Origin: Octopus sinensis
Taxonomy: Eukaryota
NCBI RefSeq assembly: GCF_006345805.1
Contig: NW_021824523.1
Coordinates: 1-18,322 of the forward strand
Length of the DNA stretch: 18,322 bases
Direction of reading: 5' to 3'
Position 1 is the stretch's first letter. Each line of letters opens with the position of its first letter. This document shows positions 10,396 through 18,322 of this stretch, in pieces. A program made the translations under genes and the position numbers. The notes below the pieces were generated by a model that saw only the letters and a program-made list of their open reading frames with translations, was not told the DNA's origin and searched no databases.

Positions 10396-10552
10396 CTCTT
10401 TTTTTGTTCTTTTCTTCCCTTTTACGATCCCTCTTGATCGAAAACCTACGCCAACCCCTTTTTTATTTTTGTTTTCTTCATCCCCCAAAAGAAAAGCTCT
10501 ACCTTGTAACTTGTCCCATCTGTGTGCAGCCCTGTGTGGCCAATAAAGAAAC
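10396..10552 (+). mobile_element. Second, heavily 5'-truncated 3' UTR copy of the Tx1-like LINE
   Basis: Shares ACGATCCC..TTGATCGA, CAAAAGAAAAGCTCTACCTTGTAA and ATCTGTGTGCAGCCCTGTGTGGC.AATAAAGAAAC with 10148-10355, but the linkers are diverged. Followed by (TATC)n. Confidence 0.9.
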
Positions 10553-10606
<54 letters not shown>

Positions 10607-10671
10607 CTATTTATCTATCTATCTATCTATCTAACTATCGGTCGTCTGTCTGTCTGTCTGTCTGTCTGTCG

Positions 10672-10706
<35 letters not shown>

Positions 10707-10740
10707 TATATAATATATATATATATATATATATATTTAT
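10553..10740. repeat. Compound microsatellite (TATC)n-(TGTC)n-(TC)n-(TA)n
   Basis: Directly visible simple repeats. Confidence 0.95.
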
Positions 10741-10807
10741 ATTAGTATGTATATCACGCAAAGGTATTCATGGACGGTTGGATGTCGGGATGAGGAAAAG
10801 ATATAAG

Positions 10808-10879
10808 ATTTAAAAGCTTGGTACAAAAATCCTTCGTCTACACGATATCAACAGATAGCTGTTAGACTCTTCAGTAAAT
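10808..10879 (-). ncRNA. Degenerate hammerhead-like motif
   Basis: Minus strand reads ATTTA-CTGAAGA-GTCTA...TAGAC-GAAG...TT-TAAAT. Stem II is a perfect 5 bp directly between the core halves and stem I is 5 bp, but A15.1 is G and stem III is poor. Confidence 0.4.
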
Positions 10880-11034
10880 AGGTGACCTTATATTTGCCAG
10901 TGTTCACTTTTTGAAATATATCAGTTCAGACAATGTGTGACGTAACCGACACCACATTGTCACACAGATAGACAAACGTGTGTATGTCTCAGCATATGCG
11001 CGTGTTTTCGTGTATGCCTACGCATGTGCTTGTG

Positions 11035-11064
11035 CACGTGTGTGTGTATATATACATACATACT

Positions 11065-11157
<93 letters not shown>

Positions 11158-11164
11158 GTGCACA

Positions 11165-11203
<39 letters not shown>

Positions 11204-11315
11204 GCCCATACGACAGGGGTCGCATACCTTTCGTCTATTAAATTCCAACCCCCGGCACGTGGTGACGAGAGGAACACCTTACCTGCATGCATAAATATAT
11301 GAACTGCGTCACGCT

Positions 11316-11357
<42 letters not shown>

Positions 11358-11394
11358 TCTACCCATCTATCTGTCTGTCTGTCTATATGTGTAT

Positions 11395-11427
<33 letters not shown>

Positions 11428-11455
11428 TATATATATTATATAAGTCTGTTTCTGT
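11035..11455. repeat. Compound microsatellites (CA)n/(TA)n/(TG)n/(CT)n/(ACAT)n around a short unique patch
   Basis: Directly visible simple repeats. Confidence 0.9.
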
Positions 11456-11817
11456 ATGTATATGTGTGTGTATTCGTGAGTGTGTGAGTGTGTGAACAAA
11501 GAAAAGAACGTGCCTCTCAAAACATTTTCTAGGAGTTTCATGTTTTTTTTTTTTTTTTTTTTATAAACAGTAGCTTCAGTGAGGTCCATATGACTTTAAC
11601 TTTTGTGGTGCTGGTGGGTGCTGATGAGGGGGAGCGTAGGACGAACCTATCTTACCAGGTCAGTTGTGTGCAAGTAAGTAGAAAAAAAAGAACATGGCCC
11701 TCAACGCATTTGATAGGAATCACATATAATGTTTTCTTTTTAAAAAAACAATTTGAGTCACGTCTATGTGGTATTGGTAAAATACTCTGCTTTCATATAA
11801 GTTAAGAAATAGTTACT

Positions 11818-12218
11818 CTCTCTTTTACTCTTTTACTTGTTTCAGTCATTTGACTGCGGCCATGCTGGAGCTCCGCCTTTAGTCGAGCAAATCAACCCCA
11901 GGACTTATTCTTTGTAAACCTAGTACTTATTCTATCGGTATCTTTTGCCGTACCGCTAAGTTACGGGGACGTAAACACACCACCATCGGTTGTCAAGCGA
12001 TGTTGGGAGGACAAACACAGACACACAAACACACACACGTATATATACATATACATATATACGACGGGCTTCTTTCAGTTTCCGTCTACCAAATCCACTC
12101 ACAAGGCTTTGGTCGGCCCGAGGCTATAGTAGAAGACACTTACCCAAGGTGCCACGCAGTGGGACTGAACCCAGAACCATGTGGTTGGTAAGCAAGCTAC
12201 TTACTACACAGCCACTCC
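11818..12218 (-). mobile_element. tRNA-derived SINE with CORE-like segment, near full length
   Basis: Reverse complement aligns along its length with 3378-3760. Tail is (TAAAAGAG)2. Confidence 0.9.
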
Positions 12219-12419
12219 CAGTTGAACTTTTTCATGCAAGTCAAAACTATTTACGTGCACAGTTCACACACACACACACAACACACACACACACACACAC
12301 GCGCGAACATCTATATTATTGATGTACAGTACGTATATCCAAACAGTATATGAATAAGTGCGTGCGCTTCCGTTTAAGTGTATCCGAATTGTCGTTATGT
12401 TAGGGATATTGCTTGCCAA

Positions 12420-13768
12420 TCATTCAAAGAAGGATTGTCTTTTATAATAAATTGGTTTTGCTTGTTCATTTGTTATTATTTCGTGGTAGAGTTTGAGCGT
12501 TTGTAACATGGAATCATTTTAAAATTTGGTCGTTTCATTCAGGTACCAGTTGCTATATATCTGCTGACCGAATTTTTCTAGTGTTTTCATTATTTATTTG
12601 TTGTTTATGCTCCTTCAATCTTCTGCGAAACGTAATCCCATCTGTTCGATGTAGTTTTGCAAGCACCCACAGCATGTTGTGGTGTAAATTAAATTTGGGG
12701 ATTTTTCTAGTAAAAGTTCCTTTTATTTTAAAGTCATGTCTGTATCTAAATTTGAATTGTGTGCCTTCAGTAAAGTATAGACACGTTCCACAAATTGCCC
12801 TACCATATTTAGTATCCCTGGGGTTTGTCACTTGTTTGAAACCCTTGCTGAAGTAAGAATATCCTTCAAAGTCTTCTGTTACCTTTTGCTTTGGTGACAA
12901 GTTGATTTTCGAGGCTTCGTTTTTAAGTTTTTGATTTTCTAAACATAATAGATATGTTGTTTTGTGTGTAGTTAGATATTTCATCATTTCTTAGATTAAA
13001 AGTAGTGAAAGGGTAAAGAATTTTAGGGGCCTTACTTTTTATTTTTCTGAGATCATAGGGATCGAAACATTTCCCCTTTCTCTTCCATTTACAATATGAT
13101 TGAATGAGAACGTTCTTTGAATTAGTATTGTTTCCTGTTTTTTTTTTTAAATCACTGATTACATTTTGTAATATTTGACCAATTTTACAAACCCTTTTTG
13201 TTAAGTTCAAGGGTATGTTTACTTTTGTATGGGAAAGGATGGCAGGATGTGAAAAAAAGGTATTGTTTGGAATCCGTGGGTTTCTTATAGATTTTTCTAC
13301 ATTTATTCATGATAGCCATTTCTAGAAATGGTAGTTCTTTCTGATTGAATTTCATCGTTAGCTGAATATTGTCATTTATATTATCTATTAAATTCTTAAA
13401 TTTCATTAGTTTGTGTATATCATCCAGCCATAGAATCAAATAGTTATCAAGGTATCTATTCAAATGTTCTTTTAGATACGTGTAGAACGCGTCACCAAAT
13501 ATATTATTAGGTTGGCATATATCGAGGCAACTTTGGTTCCCATCATACTCTCCGATATTTGACTACATTAAATTAGTGAATGAGAAGTAATTATTTTGTA
13601 ATATAAATCTAGTATAAACTTTCAGTGATAATGGGTTTTTTTTCGATGCAGTCTGATAATTCGACTTGATGTGCATCTACTCAATATTTTATCGCATAGA
13701 TTCTATAATCACAAGGAGTATATGTGCATAGATTATTAACAACAAACGAAATAGTAATTGTATTGTGG
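12420..13768 (-). mobile_element. Decayed Penelope-like element (RT C-half plus GIY-YIG endonuclease)
   Basis: Across stops and frameshifts the minus strand reads TISFVVNNLCT..., MMGTKVASIYANL, RYLDNY, LPFLE, IYKKPTDSKQYLFFTSCHP, CGTC, NLIYTTTCCGCLQNYIEQ (GIY-YIG-like), RRRLKEHKQQI and FIKDNPSLN. Confidence 0.85.
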
Positions 13769-13769
13769 A

Positions 13770-14029
13770 AAGGTGGGACAGTCGATCACATCATAATGTG
13801 TTTGCTAAATGATTACATTAGCCCAGATCATCTCAAATAAGGATCTGTATGTGCTTCAAGAAAGGTTTCAGTAAGGTCTGCTATAATTACTCTGAGGTGG
13901 TATTTTAATACACTAAAGGATGAAAGGCAAAGTCGTCCCAGTGGAATTTGAACTCAGAAGGTAAGGATGAACGAAACGCCGCAAAGCATTTTCCCCAGCG
14001 TGCTAGCGATTTTGCCAGCACGCTCCTTA
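13770..14029 (-). mobile_element. tRNA-derived SINE (degenerate)
   Basis: Minus strand has head GGAGCGTGCTGGCAAAATCGCTAGCACG, B box GAGTTCAAATTCC and body GACTTTGCCTTTCATCCTTT. The 3' boundary is approximate. Confidence 0.7.
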
Positions 14030-14044
14030 AATTCCTTTAAAATA

Positions 14045-14205
14045 TTGGTTTCTAATTTTGGCATAGGGCCAGTAATTCTGGGAGAGGGGCTTAATCGATT
14101 ACATTGACCTCAATATTCAACTGAATATTTATTTATATCGATCCATGACATTTCGATCCCCAGTGCTCGACTGGTACTTATTTTATAGAACGCGAAGGAC
14201 GAAAT
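14045..14205 (-). mobile_element. 3' fragment of a SINE, probably the same family as 13770-14029, with internal duplication
   Basis: Two diverged copies of GACCCCAGTGCTCAACTGGTACTTATTTTAT-like sequence. Family assignment is from memory. Confidence 0.5.
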
Positions 14206-14349
14206 AATCATTAATATCAATAATTAATTGGATCATTTTGATGGTGTTCTGGTCTTAATTATTTGAACTTAGTGCAGCAATTTTTATGCCAAATATTTAA
14301 GTGGAGAAGCACTGAAGAAGAGAAGTATTCAAGAAGTAGAGCGTTCAAG

Positions 14350-14815
14350 AGGAGAAGCATTGAAGAGAAGTTTTATATCCAGCAGGATGGCGCCCTTCCA
14401 CACCACGGTAGTAAAGTAAGTGCTTACCTCATTGAGATCTTGCCAAACAAGTGGATTTGGAGAAGAGGTTCAGTAAAATGTTCTCTGCGTTCAACAGACT
14501 TCATACCACCACATTTTGTCTTAGTGGGATACTTAAAAGAAAAGTTTTCTTGGAGAAAACTGGCTACGGTTGGCATACTGAGGACAACTATTAAACAAGA
14601 ATGTGCACAAATACTGAAGGAAATGTTTCTTGAAGCTTGTGACTCTATAGATCCAATTTATGAGCAGTGTCTGGACCAGAAAGATCATTAGTTTGAAAAC
14701 ACGTTCTTAAAAATTATAATAGAATTCTGCTTGTAGATTCAATCTAATTTTGAATATAAATTGTGTATTAATATACACAGTTCAATATGTGTATACACGT
14801 TTTTGTGAAACCCTA
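14350..14815 (+). mobile_element. Tc1/mariner DNA transposon remnant, DD41D (rosa-like) transposase C-terminus and probable right TIR
   Basis: QQDGALPHH...KWIWRRG...RSTDFIPPHFVLVGYLKEK...GH.FE-like end. There are 41 residues between the QQD aspartate and the third catalytic position, which is now His. TTTTTGTGAAACCCT near 14800-14815 resembles a decayed TIR end. Confidence 0.75.
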
Positions 14816-14852
14816 CACACACACACACACACACACAACACACACACACACA

Positions 14853-15022
14853 CATGTATACCTTAGGAATGAGAACCCAGGTTCGAAATTTCCCCAAGAC
14901 ACCTGATGAAGGCTGGAGGGTATATCAGCCGAAAACCTGTGTTAACAACAAACAAGATGAGGACAAAAATCCGTCAAATGTAAATAATGTAAATAATGTA
15001 CATAATCCCTCATCTCTTAAAT
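14853..15022 (+). mobile_element. Penelope-type pseudo-LTR fragment containing a degenerate hammerhead
   Basis: Contains the hammerhead core at 14898-14943 and a 9-bp tandem repeat AATGTAAAT x3. Flanked by microsatellites. Confidence 0.55.
14898..14943 (+). ncRNA. Type I hammerhead motif with mutated stem III/cleavage site
   Basis: GACAC-CTGATGA-A-GGCTG-gagggtatat-CAGCC-GAAA-ACCT-GTGTT. Stems I and II pair and there is an extra A after A9, but ACCT lacks the U16.1 needed for cleavage. Confidence 0.7.
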
Positions 15023-15029
15023 ATAGAAC

Positions 15030-15050
15030 TGTAATATATATATATATACA

Positions 15051-15140
<90 letters not shown>

Positions 15141-15148
15141 TATACATA
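15030..15148. repeat. (AT)n/(CA)n/(AT)n compound microsatellite
   Basis: Directly visible simple repeats. Confidence 0.95.
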
Positions 15149-15199
15149 TGTACAAAGTATGGGGGTTTAGTTCAGAGATGATCTAAACGATTAGGTACG

Positions 15200-15530
15200 C
15201 TAGGTAAGTACTGTAACGGGTTACCTAGAGCCCTAAAGACTTACGCTCATGGATCTATGTAGGATTGCACCTAAGGACTCATGCTCTGGTTTCTACAACT
15301 TCGGAAAGTTGAACTATGAACTTTTATGCTTCTTTTTTTCTTCTTTCTCTCCATCTCCTTATTCTTTTACTCCCATCCTCTACCTCGTCATCTCATTAAT
15401 ATATACCATTCGCATTTTCCCTACTTGTCTCTGAGGACGGAATATCCCATACCCGGGCATACCCTAGGATATCTCGGAAACAGCTGTAAGACTTTGAATT
15501 TTTTCCACTAATAATATTGTATACGACTTG
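15200..15530 (+). mobile_element. 3' end of a Penelope-like element (ORF tail, pyrimidine-rich UTR, hammerhead)
   Basis: CGCTCATGGATCTAT...ATTGCACCTAAGGACTCAT reads RSWIY...IAPKGLN-like if small indels are allowed, resembling the WI..L.T..P.GLN end of Penelope GIY-YIG ORFs. It is followed by a hammerhead. Boundaries are approximate. Confidence 0.5.
15427..15492 (+). ncRNA. Type I hammerhead ribozyme motif, apparently intact
   Basis: GTCT-CTGAGGA-CGGAATATCC-(19 nt)-GGATATCTCG-GAAA-CAGCTG-TA-AGAC. Stem II has 9/10 pairs, stem III is palindromic (ACAGCTGT), the triplet is GUA and stem I is 4 bp. Confidence 0.85.
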
Positions 15531-15666
15531 AGATGTTTGTCTTGCCTTAATGATTGTTGTCCCCTTTAACAATTGTATATATATATATATGTGTGTGTCT
15601 GCGTGTGTGTGTGAGTGTGTGCGTATTTGTGTGTGTGTGTGTATGTACGTATGTATATATATATAT

Positions 15667-16170
15667 AAACTTAGATAAACTTAGATATGTTTCGACCAAA
15701 GATTGGTCCAGGCCATGTCTAACTTAATAGCACCACCTAATAGGATTATTTGAATCCTGTTTAAGTCAAGTTTGTTTATGGTCCATCAAGTAGTGAGTTC
15801 TTTTGGGTGAGTTGTATCCAATTATGGGTGGCTTATCTGTATTCTTTGAAGGAATCTATCCAGACCTCCGTTTAAAGTCGATGGGATCCTTTTCCTCTTT
15901 GATCTCTTTCGGGACAATGTTAAATAGGGTAGGGCCTGTTGAGGAAAAGAAATTATGTTTGCGTGTACATGTATGCTGTGATCTTGAATTGTGCAGGGGA
16001 CGTATGGCCCGTGGTCCCAGTCTGGATGAACCTTGAAGCTAAGTTCAGTCGTTTGGGCAAAGTTGGTGGTATATTCTCCACATCGTACAAATGATGTACC
16101 GCTCACGGCGACGCTGGAGAGAGTAGAGTTTCAAGCCTTTAAGGCGATCCCAATAATCGAGAGCAGCCAT
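15667..16170 (-). mobile_element. CR1-group LINE 3' fragment with intact tail
   Basis: Reads LDYWDRLKGLKLYSLQRRRERYIICTMWRIY. The 3' UTR has hairpin GACCA-atctt-TGGTC and a tandem tail (ATCTAAGTTT)2. Confidence 0.85.
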
Positions 16171-16629
16171 ATAAATATATATATAAATATATATATTATA
16201 TATTATATAATATATATTATATATATATATCATGTATGTATATATACATGTACTATATTTATTAATGCCACTAATTATTTTGGTGACATTTTAACGGCTC
16301 AGATACCCAACTTAGAGTTATCACGTCAGCGTCTGTCTCAATGTCTAATCGAAATATATATCATACATCAGCGTTACGTACAAAACTCAAGCTACGTAAC
16401 CACATCACTTCGCTGAAATAATACTGCTGTTTGCATAGATTGAGTTCGTATTAGTGAAAAGACGCACTCAATACTGGAAGTATAACGGAGTATAAACAAC
16501 ATATAAAGTAATGATTTTTAAAAAAGGGTGTAGGGGGTTCAATCTGAGTTCAGAGCCCGGTTTCTTTTTCGATATTCAGCGTATAACCGTTTGATTACTC
16601 ATCACGGAAATTGATCGTCCGAACAGTAT

Positions 16630-17187
16630 TCAAGAATATCTTTGTAAAAGCATTCTCCACTCTTACTGAGTGGATAATAAAATTGAATCACTCCAGAGAG
16701 CACTCAATAAACGAATTGAAGGCATGACTGATCTTGATTATTGGGACAGCCTTAAAACCTTGAAACTCTACTCTCTCCAGCGCCGACGCGAACGGTACAT
16801 CATTTGTACGATGTGGAGTATATACGCCAGCATTGCCCAAACAACCTGAACGTTAGTTTTAAGGTTCATCCAAGGCTGGGACCACGGACCGTACGTCACC
16901 TGCTCAATTCAGAATCACAACATATAGGTACACTGCGGCACAATTTCTTTTCCTCTACAGGCCCTGTCCTGTTTAACATTGTCCCAAAACTGATCAAAGA
17001 GGAAAAGGATCCCATCACCTTTAAACGGAGTCTGAACAGATTTCTTCAAGGAATACCAGACAAGCCACCCATACCTGGATACAACTCACTCAACAAATTC
17101 TCACTACTTGAATGGACCATAATACCACAAAACTTGACTTAAAAAAGGATTTAGATAATCCTATCAAGTGGTGCTATTAAGTTAGAC
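16630..17187 (+). mobile_element. CR1-group LINE 3' fragment, same family as 15667-16170, opposite orientation
   Basis: Reads KIESLQRA...LKLYSLQRRRERYII...NFFSSTGPVLFNIVPK...FKRSLNRFLQGIPDKP with one frameshift. The terminal tail is missing. Confidence 0.85.
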
Positions 17188-17536
17188 CACACGTATATAT
17201 AGGAAAAAGGGTTTGAAAATGCAGAGGTCTTTTAAAGATGTTTATTGACTTGACCGGTTTCACTTTTTAAAAAAAATTATCAAAAGTAAAATGTAAAGCT
17301 TTGTATAAGCTTTGTTGTGTTAAAAAACTGGTTATCATAATTGTATTAAAATACAGTTACACAGTCTTTGATAGGGATAAGAAAATGTTAAAAAATAGAT
17401 TCTTTGACAAGGATAGGAAAATGTTAATAAGGGCTTTTTGTTTAAACAGGTTACATGAAAGTGTACAAAATAGGTAGTAAAATAAATTTATAATGATTTT
17501 AAGGTCATCAAAAATCATAGTTGTATAGAAGCATAT

Positions 17537-17815
17537 CACGTTATCACGTGACCGACCAGGCTATCAGATGTTGCTGGTCACAATGCACTTCGCATTGTTT
17601 TAGCCTTCAAATGACGCCACCCCGCTGGCTAAGCGAGCAGGCCAACAGAAGAAGGAGTGAGAGAAAGTTGTGGCGAAAGAGTACAACAGGGATCGCCACC
17701 ACACCCTGCCGGAGTACGTGGAGCTTTTAGGTGTTTTCGCTCAAGAAACACTCACAACGCCCGGTCTGGGACCGCGAATCCGCTGCCTTAACCACTGGCC
17801 CATTGTGCCTCCACC
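17537..17815 (-). mobile_element. tRNA-derived SINE with 11-bp TSD and apparent B-box deletion
   Basis: TAGAAGCATAT at 17526-17536 and 17816-17826. Minus strand has an A-box-like TGGGCCAGTGGTT with no GTTCGA after it, then GTGAGTGTTTCTTGAGCGAAAACACC. Confidence 0.85.
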
Positions 17816-18055
17816 TAGAAGCATATATACAGAAGGAATCATATTTAAGTATTTATACAGCATTTTAGGGGAATGACCAACCTTTCAACCCATCATCTTC
17901 TGTCTCATAGAAAACATGAGAAATGTTTGCTATTTTTAGAAATAGTGTGGGTGGTTGGTGGGGGAGAGCATTGTGGAATCAAGAAGATTTTTTTGTTTCT
18001 AGGCTTGTCTGTCATGGTTCAGTGGTTTTGGGACTGGCCTTAGAGTCCAAAATGG

Positions 18056-18187
18056 CGTGTGTGTGTCTCTGTGCACGTTTCTATGTGTGTGTGTTTGTAT
18101 ATATGTGCTTGTGTTTGTGCGTGTGGGTTTTTTTATTTGTCTTAGAGTTCACTAAGGTGTGTGTATGACTCTGTGTATGTGGGCACT

Positions 18188-18218
<31 letters not shown>

Positions 18219-18322
18219 TTGTGTGATTTCTATTTGCTGTGTGTGCGCATATGTATGTGTATATGTTTGTGTGTATGTGTTTGTTCGTGTGAGTGTATGT
18301 ATATGTCTTTGTGTGCAACGTG
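18056..18322. repeat. Degenerate (TG)n-rich simple repeat
   Basis: Directly visible. Confidence 0.9.

Noticed and set aside
10929-10964. 9-bp perfect inverted repeat GACAATGTG/CACATTGTC with an alternative TGTGTGAC/GTCACACA pairing
   Set aside because: Too short to interpret. It has no U-tract or element context and is probably a repeat remnant or chance.
11611-11658. CTGATGA...GGAC-GAAC hammerhead-like string
   Set aside because: GGGG cannot pair with GGAC so there is no stem II, the second core half is GAAC, and the possible stem I is offset by 5 nt.
12420-15530. Idea that the Penelope ORF and the two plus-strand hammerhead units form one element with inverted pseudo-LTRs
   Set aside because: The two hammerhead units are unrelated to each other and are separated from the ORF by SINEs and a mariner remnant. 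No matching repeat is seen at the ORF's 3' end.
15680-15725. Minus-strand GACCA-atctt-TGGTC-GAAAC with TTAGA/TCTAA flanks, superficially hammerhead-like
   Set aside because: The CUGANGA half of the core is absent. It is better explained as the CR1 3' UTR stem-loop.
17365-17430. 36-bp-period tandem duplication (TCTTTGAYARGGATARGAAAATGTTAA)
   Set aside because: Only two diverged units. An ordinary local slippage event.

Overview
This is AT-rich, microsatellite-dense eukaryotic non-coding DNA made almost entirely of transposon-derived sequence. It is most likely octopus/cephalopod, inferred from the tRNA-derived SINE families and the simple-repeat load. No host protein-coding gene is confidently detectable, and most ORFs in the track are translated microsatellites. 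The centrepiece is a 5'-truncated Tx1/L1-clade LINE (~6220-10355) sitting inside a (TATC)n array. Its ORF2 (APE endonuclease, RT, C-terminal zinc finger) reconstructs to 1144 aa after eight single-base indels and has no nonsense codon. A second, diverged 3' end of the same family follows in the same array, suggesting GATA-microsatellite targeting. Reading by hand also shows five hammerhead-ribozyme-like motifs in mutually unrelated sequence contexts: two with intact GUA cleavage triplets and palindromic stem III, and three degenerate. Other content: a decayed Penelope-like RT/GIY-YIG element, CR1-group 3' fragments, a DD41D Tc1/mariner remnant, several SINEs, and a ~520-bp fold-back palindrome formed by inverted duplication of a SINE 5' half.
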